DNA from: the human T2T-CHM13v2.0 reference genome, Homo sapiens
Direction: 5' to 3' (one strand)
Assembly: GCF_009914755.1 (NCBI RefSeq)
Contig: NC_060934.1
Length of the DNA stretch: 64,000 nucleotides
Shown: piece after piece, positions 43,401 through 57,143 of the stretch
How positions within the stretch are numbered: position 1 is the first letter of the stretch
How the letters are laid out: every line of letters begins with the position of its first letter
Notes under the pieces: generated by a model
The model's database searches: none
What the model saw: only the letters and a program-made list of their open reading frames with translations
Told to the model about the DNA's origin: nothing
Position numbers and translations under genes: made by a program

Positions 43401-44288
43401 GAGTCTGCTGAAGCTGCACCCACAGCTGCCCCTTCCCCCAGGTGCTCTGTCCCAGGGAGATAGGAGTTTTATCTATAAGCCCCTGACTGGGGCTGCTGCC
43501 TTTCTTTCAGAAATGCCCTGCCCAGAGAGGAAGAGAAATCTAAAGAAGCAGTCTGGCTACAATGACTTTGCTGAGCTGTGGTGGGCTCCACCCAGTTCGA
43601 ACGTCCCAGGGGCTTTGTTTACACTGTGAGGGGAAAACTGCCTACTCAAGCCTCAGTAAAGGGGGACACTACTCCCCCCACCAAGGTCGAGAGTCCCAGG
43701 TTGACTTCAGATGGCTGTGCTGGCAGTGAGAATTTCAAGCCAGTGGATCTTAGCTTGCTGGGCTCTTTGGGGGTGGAATCCGTGGAACTAGACCACTTGG
43801 CTCCCTGGCTTCAGCCCCCTTTCCAGGAGAACGAATAGTTCTATCTCACTTGTGTTCCAGGTGCCACTGGGTTATGAAGAAAAACTCCTGCAGCTAGCTT
43901 GGTGTCTGCCCAAATGGCCACCCAATTTTGTGCTTAAAACCCAGGGCCCTAGTGGTGTAGGCACCTGAGGGAATCTCCTGGTCTGCAGGTTGCAAAGACC
44001 ATGGGAAAAGTGTAGTATCTAGGCCAGAATGTACCATTCATCATGGCATGGTCCCTCAAGGCTTCCCTTGGCTAGGGGAAGGAGTTTCCTGACCCCTTCA
44101 GCTTCCTGGTTAAGGCAACACTCCACCCTGCTTCTGCTCACCCTCCATGGCCTGCACCCACTGTCTAACGAGTCACAATGAGATGAGCTGTGTACCTCAG
44201 TTGGAAATGCAGAAATCGTCTGCCTTCTGTGTTGATCTCACTGGGACCTGCAGATTGGAGCTGTTCCTATTTGGCTATCTTGCCAGCC
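40478..44288 (-). mobile_element. L1PA7-like element with intact 5' and 3' ends and a ~2.7 kb internal ORF2 deletion
   Basis: 3'UTR ggtggtttgctacacccatcaacccatcatctacattagg; junction at 41232/41233; ORF2 start [11 protein letters not shown] at 41858; ORF1 42946-41922 frameshifted; 5' end ...ggctatcttgccagcc. Confidence 0.93.
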
Positions 44289-46019
44289 AATTCCATAAAT
44301 GACTATTATTAAGAAGTCCCCTACTGTTATTTAAGAGAGAGTTACCCTTAATCTATAGCTTGAATTATAGAGAGAAAAGAAAAGGAAGGAGGTAGTGAGA
44401 CAGTGGTGATCCATGGAAGCAGTGATCCATATTTTAGCTTCTATCTTTCCCTTTTCTTTCAGAGTTGAGACTGTTTCAATCTCTCTCATTTTCTCTTTCT
44501 GACTTAATTTATAAACTCTGCTGATGCGAGCCAAATCTGAATTACATCTGGATCACAAATCTAAAAATACATTCTTTATTCTTGCTCAATCTCTTTTACT
44601 TTTGTGTTGGAGATAAATGAAGGAAAAATATGAAAAAAAAATTGCTTGCTTGAATTACAATGCTTGCTTGCATATATGCTCATTAACAATCATTTTGGCC
44701 AAGGCAGTTTTAAAATTATTTTTATTACTCCTACTTTGATAAAGCCTTTAATTGCAGCAACATATCTTGGCTTTTTCTGTTGTCACCCCCTCGCCACCCC
44801 ATCACTGTCAACATTGAACACAATGTATATATATGTTATGTCCTCAAGAGATACTTTTTGAAATGAATTCCAACCTCATGGTGTGGTCTTTTCATAACCC
44901 TGCAGAGTAATTTAGCTGAAGTCATCTCAAACTTATGATTCAAGTGTCTCTAAACACATAGGCAAACAGATATGCATTGTAATAATCTCTTCAAGTTAAA
45001 TAGCACTTCATCAATAATCAGGTATATTGGGATGAGATGATTTCTGGTGTGTCCTTAGTGTGTTTTAGAAGAAATTATTTTATTGTTTCCTTACTTTGTA
45101 GAAAGCATTTTCATTTCCATAGTCAGTATGAAGTAAGTCAGTTCACAGGCACTATTAATGTTCTTCAGATAAATAAAGATACTTTTCTTTTTACTTATAA
45201 ATTTCATACCTTTGACAGTTTCCTGGTTTCCTAGATTAGTATGATAAAAAATTAAGTTGCATGTTGAGAATTTTAAAAACAGAAATAGAAGATTGTCTGG
45301 CACACATTTCTGGTTTTTAGCCACAATTACTTTTTTTAGTTACATATTTTCTAGTATTTTTTTTAAATTTTAGTACAAATAGAAAACATTTTGAAAGTAA
45401 AACCCAGAAGACACATATTTTGTATATATCTTTATGACAAATTGTCTATTGCAGCAGAGAAAATAGTCTGCAGACTTGTCATCAAGATTCATTACAATCG
45501 CTATTGTTTCACATAAAGAAGAATTTAGCCTACAAAATAAAGCAGAAGGACTTTGGGAACTGCTACTTAAAATGAGATGAGAGTATGAATTGTGTTAATG
45601 CAGATAAAGCAGTCTTGACAAGAATATCTTTAGATTGAATGCACCAATCATTGGTATTCTCTGGAAAGTAAGTGACTGCATTTTGATTACCAACTCAAAA
45701 CACCACTATTTGGGGGTAAATTAAAAAGTTTATAGCTAAATGCAGAACTTGAATTCAACTTATTCATAGACATGAGGCAAAGCAAAGAAAAAAAAATTGC
45801 CAGTGAACCAGAAATTGTGTGGTAAATTTTAATGTAGTCGTGATGTGAAGAATAAGAAATGCTATAGAAAACAAATAGTATTTTACTCTTTTAATTTATC
45901 AAATTTGAAAGCACAATGTGAAGATTACATTTTTATTAGTTCAAAAAAAGTAGAAATATTTACCATTTGCTGTGAGATTGTTGTGCAGCTCTGAGCCAGC
46001 CATTGATAGCTGAGTTTCC

Positions 46020-46185
46020 CTATGAAGTGACTGCTTCATCAGAATTATATGGTTTATATAATCATTATTCATATTCCTTGGCCCCACCTTAGTCATACTC
46101 AATCAAATTACCAATATTAGACATAGAAATTTAAATATTTCCTTCAGGTTATTTTTAATATATACTCACATTTGAGAATCATGGC
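46020..46185. mobile_element. MER5-like hAT-Charlie remnant
   Basis: catcagaatt...cttggccccacc...ccttcaggttattttt...tttgagaatcatgg. Confidence 0.45.
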
Positions 46186-46384
46186 TCAAAAGCATAGACG
46201 TTTCTATAAACAATTAGCTCAACACCCTCAAACTCATTTGTAAATTAAGAGGGTTTATATTAAAAGTCATCAGAACAGAAACTTCAAAGAAGAAAATATT
46301 CTTAGAAAATTCACAAAATTGATACCCATTGTATAACTTTGAGTTTAAAAATATTTTAATAAATAGGGATGAGAAACAAAAGTT

Positions 46385-46560
46385 TCAGTTGATTAATTCA
46401 CTTATGTGAAAACATTTATGGAGGTCTTACCCAAGAGTAGTGTCCTAAACACTGAGGGTATAGTGATGAATACAAAAAACTAATAACAATTTCTGCTCTC
46501 CAAGCGGCATCAACATTTTTTTCCACAACAATCTAGGGGATGAAGCAGAAAATAATAACG
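46385..46560 (-). mobile_element. L2 remnant
   Basis: aaacatttatggaggtcttac...gtcctaaacactgagggtatagtgatgaatac. Confidence 0.55.
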
Positions 46561-47302
46561 TAATAAGTAAACTATACAGTAATAATACCACTTTTATAAG
46601 TTTTTCTTTGTCTTTGGGTTTCCAACAGTTGTGCTATGATTGTTACGTATGTGGTATGGCTGTGTTTGTGTGTATGTGTGCGTGTGTGTGTTTAGTGTTT
46701 ATAAAGAAGGTGATTAGTTTGACGTCTTTTGTCAGTTTTATTTTGTTTTCAGGAAGTATTTTCTCAAATGATGTTTACCATTTGCTGTGGGATTGTTGTG
46801 CAGCTATGAGCCAGCCCTTGATAGCTGAGTTTCTCTATGAAGTGACTACTTCAACAGAATTATAGGTTTATATATTCATTATTCATATATCTTGGCCCCT
46901 CCTCAGTCATATTCAATCAAAATTACCAATATTATTAATAGCCATCTTTACACCAATCCTCTGAGTCACAAATTATGTTTTTTAGAACTATAAATTATTT
47001 CCTATGTTACGTTTAGGCTCTCTTGTATAGTTTCTAGCCAAACTTCTTTCTGTGCCTTAATGGAAGTACTTTCTACTCTCTATTTTTTAGTTTACCAATC
47101 TTCCCTTGTATTGTGTCTGCTTTTGATCATACCATTTGACACTACATTTTTAAATAAATTCAAGCTCTAAGATGAAATATTTTATCTTTGAATGTACTTC
47201 TGTAACATGGTTTTCAGAGTTATTTTTAAATAACTGTCCTGTAACTCTTACATTCAGATAAATTTGAATGCATTTCAATGTGTTTTTATTATTTGTTTCT
47301 AT

Positions 47303-47311
47303 CTCTCTCTT

Positions 47312-47358
<47 letters not shown>
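47303..47358. repeat. (CT)n(GT)n compound microsatellite
   Basis: Direct reading. Confidence 0.9.
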
Positions 47359-47361
<3 letters not shown>

Positions 47362-48101
47362 GGGAGAGGCTGTGTGTGTATGTTTGTATGTGTAATATTA
47401 CATCAGAGAGGAATTAATTTTTTTATCAGGAAATAATGTATTCAGAGACCTGCTTAACTCATTTGAATCTGATCCATTTATCATAAGCTCATTCTTGTTA
47501 GGAATGTCCTTTGTGGATCCACAAGTGGAAGTCTGGATAGTGTCCACACCCTCTCCACTCTGGTAAGCTCTGAATCCTGTTTTGTTTTTCCTATACAATG
47601 AGAAACAAGGTTTTGGTTTCTTAACAGATATTTTCTACCTGGTTTCTCTGATTCTTACTCCATGCATACAAAACATATGTGTTGACAAATGCTTTGTTAG
47701 TTTCATATTGCTTTGTTAAAAATAAAAAATAACAAACTGGAGGCTTAAAATAACACACATGTATTTCCTAGCAGTATTTCCAGGTCAGGAATCTAGGCAT
47801 CCTTAGCTGTTTCTTATGCTCAAAATCTTACAGGCTACATCAAGATGTTGGACAGACATCCCAATTGGAGGCTTAAGAAGAGAATAATTCACTTTCAAGC
47901 TCATTCAAATTGTCAGAAAAATTTATTTTCTTGTGTCTGTATGACCAAAGCTTTTTGTTGGCTGTCACCTAGAGACTGCCCTCTCTGATCCTAAAGATGC
48001 TCACCATTCCTATAGCCATTTGGCAGTTATCTTCTATGTGAGATTTTCCAACATGGCTTCAGACATCAGTAAATCAATAAGAGATAAACCTCAGTTGGAG
48101 C

Positions 48102-48128
48102 ATATATATATAAATATATATATATACC

Positions 48129-48176
<48 letters not shown>

Positions 48177-48177
48177 C
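48102..48177. repeat. (TA)n(CA)n microsatellite at the AluJ tail
   Basis: Direct reading. Confidence 0.9.
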
Positions 48178-48434
48178 TTTTGAGACAGGGTTTTATTCAG
48201 TTGTTCAGGCTGGAGTGCAGTGGCATGATCATGGCTTACTGCAGGCTTGGCCCCCTAGGTTTAAGGGATCCTCCCACCTCAGCCTCCTATTTTTTTTATT
48301 TTAATTTTTTTTTTTGTAGGGACAGAGTCTTACTATGTTGCCCAGGCTGGTCTTGAACTCCTGGGCTCAAGCAATCTTCTTGCTTCAGCCTTCCAAAGTG
48401 CTCAGACTATAGTCGTGAGCCACTGTGCCCAGCC
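48178..48434 (-). mobile_element. AluJ with internal deletion
   Basis: gagacaggg, ctcctgggctcaagcaatc J diagnostics; lacks the gagtagctgggactacagg segment. Confidence 0.85.
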
Positions 48435-48723
48435 CCGATTCCATTTATAAAAGCCTTCGCCTGATTACATGAGACTTGGCTGATATAATCTCTCAGCTGA
48501 TTACCTCAAAATAAACTGATTTAAAAACTTATTTGTATATGGAATTTCACATTTGCCAAGTCTCATTGACTGAAAGCAAGTCACATGTCTTCCTTGCACT
48601 CAAGGGGAAGAGATTATACAAAACATGAGCAAGAAATTGTAAATGCCATGAGGACTGTCCTAGGGTCTTTCACAGATGCCTAGTAAGAAATTGCTCCCAG
48701 TGTATCAGACACACTTATCTTAG

Positions 48724-49088
<365 letters not shown>

Positions 49089-51129
49089 CCAAATTTAAAT
49101 TTTTACCTCCAAAATCTAGTGAAACTTTTGTAAGTCCTAGTCAGCTGCTTTCTCTTTGAGTTTTGGCCAATGAAATGAATTGATAAATATCCCATAAGGG
49201 ACAAAAATAATTGCCTTCTTTCCCCTTCAAATCCTGCTTCCTTGGTTGTTCTTTGCACCTCAAATTGCTCTTTCTTATTTTATTTGTCGGGTTGGTTGGT
49301 TGTGTTGTTTATTGCAGTTTTTACAGTTGTTCTCAGGCAGAATACTTCTGACACCAGCTGCTTCATCAGAGCTAGAAGCAGAAGTTTGATAGAGTTTGAT
49401 GGTACAAAATTATTTTAATCTTTTGCAAAATCCAATTCCTTCTTTTTTGAAATAAGTTTACTTGGCTTTACATAATACAGTAGATAAGGTATAACTTAGA
49501 AGAATTATTGTGTTCCTGTTTATACACCCTTTACTTAACTCTATTAATATAAATGGATGTTTTGGGAATGTTAGTGTTTTAGTATTCCAAGAAAAGAAGG
49601 GAAGCAGATTCAAGTTAAAAAAGCTATGTTTAAATTCACATTGTAACTTTGTTGCCATCAGTGATAGTGGCAACTGAGAACATGGATGAAAGCCTTAATC
49701 ACCCTATAATCTTCATTAATCTCTTCCCCATCAGTCTTTGAGAAGGATAATAGATAGTTTCTCAACCATAATAAGGGGAAATGTCAAGCCCAATTCAAAT
49801 CAGATCCTTAATCCTAAGCCCTTCCTGTAGAAATTTCTGGAGTTTCCACTAGTTGCCAACTATAGTCCTTATTTATGGTACAATTAATTGTCTGATTCAA
49901 TTTCCTCAGGAAATCTGGCAATAAAAGAGAAACTTATTTTCCGAAGGTTGAAATACCCCAGAATTAAGGTGATTTGTCAGTGGCTACATATGAAAGCAAC
50001 AATAAGCCTTTTAGGATTTTAGGTTTCAATTAAATAAAACTTACAACATCATTAATATACAATATTATCATTGGAGAAAACATAATTAAATATGGCAAGT
50101 TATGGAGCCAGACTGATATGTTCCAATGATTGCAGAAGTTATTTTAACCATTTGATATTTGGTTTTCTCTTCTATGAAACCAGGTTAATAATATCAATGG
50201 TCAACACGTGTCTTTATTGAGTATAAAAATAACATAAAATGTGTATAGTATAATATAGTATAGTATATTTAAAAAATATAAATCTGTTTTTAATCTTTTT
50301 CCCCAATTTTTCTCTTATTTGTTTTCCCTCCTCCAAGCAGATAATTAATAAATGCATATTTTCTCAAGGGAGAGTTTTGTCTAAGTAGAAAATAGAAACA
50401 AATATCCATAGATGTGTTTTCTAAAAGCTTAAATTATCCAGAGAGAGAGAGAGAGAACTTGTTGGCTTAAGCAAAGTACTTATGAGATATATAAGAAGCA
50501 CTTCTCCCCAAGAATGGAGAGAATGATGTTAAGCCTAGAGTAAGGAGAATAAGGAAAAATGAGTAATTATTACACCAGGAGAGAGGAGCCCTCCACCATG
50601 CTTCCTCATGGAGCAACTGGGGTAGTAGAGCAGCCCTAGAGATATTTGTAGCACCTGAGAGTGAAAGCAACCTGTGTCCTGCTTCTCAGAAATAGCTCTA
50701 GTGAGAGAATGGTTCCACGAGATGTCCAGAGAGCTCAACTTTCAACCCTGGGTGAAGCTGATTAGTGATTTCAGAGGGTTTGTGAGGCCAATGGTGCTCA
50801 GGAAATTTGGCAAAACACCTAAACTATATCTAATATTTTGAACTATATGAAAATGAAATTGTATTTTTGCACACATAATTGTCTCCTAATATTCTTACCT
50901 TTTATAGTAATAGCAATAAAAAAGTATTATTATAGTGTATGCCATGTATTAGTACATTTGCAACTTTAGATAATATTTCTCCCCCTTCACAATGTAATTT
51001 TAGGCTAACGACTAAAGCAAATTCTATTCCTGACTTAAAAATCTGGGCCAATGTGAAACTTAACATGATCTAAAGATAAAACCTTTAGAAAACAATAACA
51101 GTAAGCTTCACAATGTTATAGTAAATTTT

Positions 51130-53270
51130 CCTAAGAGAAAAAGGAGGAATACAAAAATGTTCAATATCATAATGCAATATGAAACATCAGCAGAGATCTT
51201 ACAGCCATTAAAATGAGCAAAGAAAATATTGTGCAAATGCATGCCTATAAATTATGTAAAATTGACAAGTTTCATGAAAGATGCATATTATCAATATGAC
51301 ACAAAAGAAATAAAAAATGTGTCTATTCCTATATCTATTAAAGTAATTGAAATTGAGGTTAAAAGCTTTCCTGCAAAGAAGTCTCCATGGAACTCAGATG
51401 ACTTCAGTGGTGAACTTCACCAAATTATACATAAAGAAATAATAGCAATTTTGGAAAAATCTTTAATAACATGATGAGAAAGGACAATTTTTCATGTCAT
51501 TTTATGGATCCTGTGTTTCCTATGTACAAAATTAACCAAATCGGGGCTCCCATCTTCCCCAGCCTGCTGTTGTCCTCACTGCCTCTTCCTATCAGGATGA
51601 TGGTGAAGCCAGCCATGGTTTTCCCAGGGCCAGTCTTAAGGTATCTAATAAAGTCTGAACTCTTCCCTACAAAAATATTAAATAAAATAAAAATCTAAAC
51701 ATTAATATTCCCGTAAGCATAAACTCAAAATCCCTTAAGATGTTTTAGCCAAAGGAAATCCAGCAATTCATGAAAAAAGGTATACACCATGACCAAGTTG
51801 TATTTATCTCAGAAATTAAAGAAAAATCTATAGATAATTATAATAATACAATTCTAAGTTATTCCTCTCTATGATTAAAATCTTCCTGAAAAGGTCCATC
51901 CTCTCCATTCTATTCATCATTGTGCTGGGATCTTAACTATTGCTATAAGGCAAGAAAAGGAACTAAAAGGCTAACAAATTGGAAAAATAAACGAAATAAC
52001 TTTATTGAGATATGACATACTCATGTAGTTAGAAAAGCCTAGGAAATTTACAAAAATGCTGCTAGAACTCACATATGAGGTAAAGATGTTTTAAGATATA
52101 CTATCAACAAACATTTGCCATTTCTATATGCTCTCAATGAACAATATTAAATTGAATTTTAAAGTTTTAATGTAAATGCCATTTAAAGTAGCTTCAAAAA
52201 CATTACATTTTTCGGTATGTATTTAGCAAAGTATGTGTAAGATCTGTGTACTGAGAACTACAAAACACTGCTGAAAGAAATTAAACCCATATAAATTGAG
52301 AAATATACAATGCTATTGGATTACAAAAAACAATATTATTATATTAGTTATCCCTAAATTGATGTGTAAATGTAGTGTAATACTAATTAAATCTCAGCCA
52401 AACAACTTTGAGAAAGAATAATAGATTGTGAAGATATTTATTTATTGTTTTTAATACTTAACATAATGTCTCTGTACTAAAGGCAGTATATTTGGTTAAA
52501 AAAAAACAACATACAGATCAATAAAACAAAACAGAAGGTTTACACATAAATGCCCATACATACGATTAATTGCCTTTCAATATGAATTTCAACTAATTTG
52601 AATAAGAAAAAGGTAGTTTTTTTCAATCTATGGTACTAGAAAAATTGTATATTCAAGTTAGAAATAAAAAATTGTTTGACTTTACCTGTCACTAAACTAA
52701 AAAAAAAAGTAAGTAAAATGAGTAATAACTCTAAATGTAAAAGCTAAATTTGTAATTTAAGAATAAAACATAGGAGCAAATCTTCTCTGCTGGAGAGTAA
52801 ACAAAGATTACTTAGATAGCACACAAAATACAGGAAACATGAAAGAAAAAACATTATAAATTTGACTTACCATGACCATTTAAATATTTTGCTCTTTAAA
52901 AGATTTCAATGAGCATATGACAAGCCACAAATTGGAAGAAATGATTCATAATTTATATATATATTAAGGACTTTCTTAGAGTATGTTTAAAGAGAATTTA
53001 CAACTCAATAATAAAAAAATACAATTTTTACAAGTGAGCACAAATTTGAATAGACTTACCAAAAGACGATACATGAATGGCTAAGAAGCACAGGAAAAAT
53101 TGCTGTACATCAGTAGACATTAAGAATGTGTAAATGAAAAGCAAAATTTTATAAAACCACACAAGTTCTAGAATGGCTAAAATTAAAAAGACTGACGATA
53201 AAATTTGTTGACTACAGTAAGGAGAAACTGAAAATTTCATATGCTGTTGGTGCAGTATCCACGGGGTCTT
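51130..53270 (+). mobile_element. Old L1M (MC/MD/ME) ORF2 remnant
   Basis: A-rich L1-like tracts: tatacaccatgaccaag, ctctccattctattcatcattgtgctgg, gaactacaaaacactgctgaaagaaatt, agaatggctaaaattaaaaagactgac. Confidence 0.75.
51541..51693 (+). pseudogene. Candidate 5'-truncated retrocopy of an mRNA 3' end, inside L1M
   Basis: 130-bp GC-rich non-L1 tract, AATAAA 51647-51652, A-rich tail from 51671. Confidence 0.55.
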
Positions 53271-53600
53271 TTGAAATACTTACTCTGGGTACATCCAGTT
53301 TTCCTATAAGAAGTGTTAGTAGTCTGAGATCACTGCACAGTGGAAAAATCCAACCTTGCCACATAGAGAGGACATGTGGAGTCAGAGATACCCAACTAAC
53401 ACCATTATTTTCCTTCCATTCCATCCCAGATGCTAGTTATGTGAATAAGAAAGCTCTTATAGGTCCACAGCCTTGGCTATCACCTGACTAACAACTTAAG
53501 GGATCCCAAGTAGGAATCACCCAGACAGCCTGGAAAACCTTGAGAAATGGTATTAAGTTTTTGTTTTAAGTCACTAGGATTTGGAGTATATTATTAGAAC
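53270..53600 (+). mobile_element. MLT1 (G/H-like) LTR fragment
   Basis: gccacatagagagg...ccagatg.tatgtgaataagaaagc...ttgttttaagtcactagg. Confidence 0.6.
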
Positions 53601-56600
53601 TTGAAAAGGATTGCAAGTAATTGACTTGGTTTCACATGTAGGTGGAACAGGGAAATGTGCAATATTATATCTAGGGACTGAAAAATACCCTCAATAACAA
53701 GAACAATACAAATATCAGTTCTGAATTCACTCATGATAATTTATATTTCAAATTTTTCACTTAAACTTTTTCCAGGGATAAATACTATTAATACTCTCTG
53801 AAGATAATTACTTTAAACTTTTTCAATCACACATGAATTAGAAAGATGAAATCACTAGATATTCTTTACTAATGAGATGGTGGAGGTAGTTTCTCTATAA
53901 ATTCAGAGAAACAAAAGTACCAGATAGAAGAAATAAGTTTCCATTTCAAGTTTGATTTTAGCTAAATTTGACATAAGTTAATTGAAAGAAAAGTAAGCTT
54001 ATTTTAATTTATGTTGCATTTCACCTGTCTCAAACAATTATGTCTTTTCAATATCTAATATCTATGCTCAGAATATTAAAATTCAGTGTAAAGCAATCCA
54101 GAAAAATACCATAACAGCATTTTTCTTTTTTATGTTGACCCCATGAACTTGTTAAACTGATAAGAACAGAAAATTTATCTTAGCCATAAAGCCAAGAAGC
54201 AATGCATGAAATTTTAAATGGGTTTTTCTAGTTAACATTTTTTTTAACTTTCTGGGTAAAAAGAAATATATATTAAATTCATGTTTAAATAAATAATCTA
54301 AAATGGATTTAATTTTTAGTGAAATTTAATTTCAAACTTTTGCTTTCTTACTGACTTTTCTTGGTCTCTGGGGCCCAAAATTTTTAGACAACACTTTATA
54401 ATTGCCTCAGAAATACAGCTCTGGTATTCTATGATATATAGATTGTCAAAAGGCACTCGCTTAGGAATTATGAAACCAGTATACTAAACCCGTCATCTGA
54501 TATTAATTACAATATTAATTTTGGTTAAAGTCTCAAGGAACAGTGCCTGATTTGGCATTTTCCTTACTTTCTGTCACTAGAACAGGAATATTTCAGACAG
54601 TGATAATCCGTTAGTCCAAAGTAAGTAAATCACTGAGTTAACATCCTAGCAAATTTGTGATAACCATGTAATATGAGTGAGAAATTAACATTTGTTTCAT
54701 AGAACCATTTAGAATTGAAGCCATGGTATAACAAAACACCCTAATGATAAAAACAATTGACTGTGGAAGTGTGATATTGTCATCATGCCCATATGCACAC
54801 ACGCATCTATGTAAACATACACCTCACACACCATACACCACTTAAAGGCCAGATGGCAATTAATAAAGACATTGTTCTCAAAGCCCGGGAAAGTAGCATT
54901 TGTGTTATATAAGGGATATATACCTTGTAAAGCTGTGACTAAAATAACTTGAACTTTTACCATTAGAAGAGGAAAGCATAATGCTAAATGTTAGTAGTGT
55001 GAGTTGATTGCTATTGACCATGTTTGTCCAGTAAGCATCAGAAAAAGCTATGCACAAAAATAACTTTCCTGATTTTGAAGGTAGTAACAATAGAAAATAA
55101 AATAAGTCCACAAATTCAGGCATATATGAGACTGAAAAGGACAATTGCTTTTCAATCTCAAAAAATAAAAGATAAGCAAAACTGCTATGAAAAATAAGGA
55201 CTAATTGAAAATCAGGCTGAGTAAAGGATGAAATCAAAGGTATATTCATCACACCATAAATTAAATCTGAATGACTTGAAGTGGTGACTCACAAATTTTT
55301 TCAGTAATAAGATGGCTCCAAAAAATAGATTAAAATATTTGAGAATTCCACAAATTTGTAGGCTCAATGACGAGAAAGCAAAGATATACAGCAAATCTTA
55401 GAAAGATGTCTATAAAATTTTTTTTGTTATTGGTGTATGAAACTGGATTCAAATAGATAAGAAGTCTTTGGTTTCAGGCTAACTGCTAAAGCAATTTCTA
55501 TTCTGACCTTTAAAAACCATCTGTACTGGTTTAAGTCTTAATATGATTTTTTAGTCTACAAACATCTACAGAGAAGAGAAGCAGGCTAGAAACGCTATTT
55601 AGCATCCAAGCAGGGCATGTCATCATAATAACAAAAGTTCCCTATGTATATCTTACATTATTTCCCATTTTCAAAGAAAGATTCTACTGTATTAATCCTG
55701 TCTCTTTGTCATGATATATATTTGATGTGTGAGGACAGATGTAAATCTATATATTCGGACCATTGAGTGGCTCCCCTAGTTTATAAACCTACAGATGGAG
55801 AGGAGCTACCCAATAGTCTGAATAGATACAAATATTACAATTTGGTATAGCAAACTATATTAGCCTAATGAGAAAGGGAACAGAACACATTTGTATGAAA
55901 AGCTTCCAAAGAGCTAGTAATTTACAAAGTCTTTTTATGGGCAATACCTGGAAAATGTATTAAACATGAGAGTGTAATTTATTTTATACTATAATATTTT
56001 TGTTCTATTCTAATTCTGAATGTTTTATTGTATACCAAACTCACTTAATTTGAATTATTCATAATAATATATTTTTTAAAAATGTGATGCACTGAGACCT
56101 ATTTCTGCTTAGAAATTTTCTCAGATGTACAGCATCTCCCTTTTTAAACTAAACAATTGTCTTAGGTCTAATCTGAATCTTATTCCTTAATGGAAGAAAA
56201 TAATTTGTAGAAAATCATCTTGAAAGATATGGAATTGAAGGAATTGTGTCAGTCTCTATAAATAATATTTAGATATGGTAAATATTTAGACATGGTAAAG
56301 CAATTTTGGTCAATTTACCAGGTCTTTGGAGTTTTTAAACATATTTAAGCGTGAGCCCTTAACAAGTCTTGAAATATATACTTTGCTTCAATTCTATTTT
56401 TAGATACAGAAAATCCCTGGCTTATTAGAACTGTTTCCTTGTTCCCTATTACCTATGACCACAACTTCTTTGTATCACCTACCATTTACAAAATTTATCC
56501 ATTTCATAAAATATCCCTCCTTGAAATTCACAGTAAGAGTATATTGGCCTTTATTTTAGTGGTTCCAAAGAAAACAGGGCAAATTCATATATGAAGTCTA

Positions 56601-56732
56601 ATTAAATAAAGGCAGATGGCTACATATTTTCTCTTCCTGGTAGGGACAGATCGGTGTAAGAAGGCTTAAAGTCAACATGAAAGGTTTAGAAAATCACACT
56701 TTGAAAAGTAATAGCCAATCTACTTTAGATAT

Positions 56733-57143
56733 CGTTATAGTTTGATATTTGTCCTCTCCAAATCTCATGTTGAAATTTAATTCTCAGTCTTGGAGGTAAA
56801 GCCTGATGGTAGGTGTTGGGTCATGTGGGTAGATTCCTCATGAATGTCTTGGTGTTGTCCTCCCAGTGGTCAGTGAATTCCCACTCAATTAGTTCCCAGG
56901 AGACCTGATTCTTAAAAAGAGTCTGGTGCCACCCTCCCCTCTCTGGTTTCCTCTTTCACCATGTGATGCTGCCTCCCCTTTTTCTCGCTATGAATGAAAG
57001 CTTCCTGAAGCCCTCACCAGAATCAGATACCGATGCCATGCTTCTTGTAGAGCCTGAAGAACAGTGGGCCAAATACAACTCTTTTCTTCATAAATTACCC
57101 AGCCTCAGATATTCCTTTATAGCAATGCAAATGGACTGAGACA
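56733..57143 (+). mobile_element. MSTB-like MaLR solo LTR
   Basis: ccaaatctcatgttgaaatt...cctcaccaga...aaattacccagcctcag.tattcctttatagcaatgcaaatggactgagaca. Confidence 0.88.

Larger units (their letters stand above)
45959..46934. repeat. 161-bp direct repeat (45959-46119 and 46774-46934), ~91% identical
   Basis: Manual alignment: 12 substitutions + 2 single-base indels. Confidence 0.95.
47695..48675 (-). mobile_element. MLT1 (D/E-like) LTR interrupted by AluJ
   Basis: acaaactggaggcttaaaataacac...ggtcaggaatctaggca...cactcaaggggaagagattataca. Confidence 0.65.
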
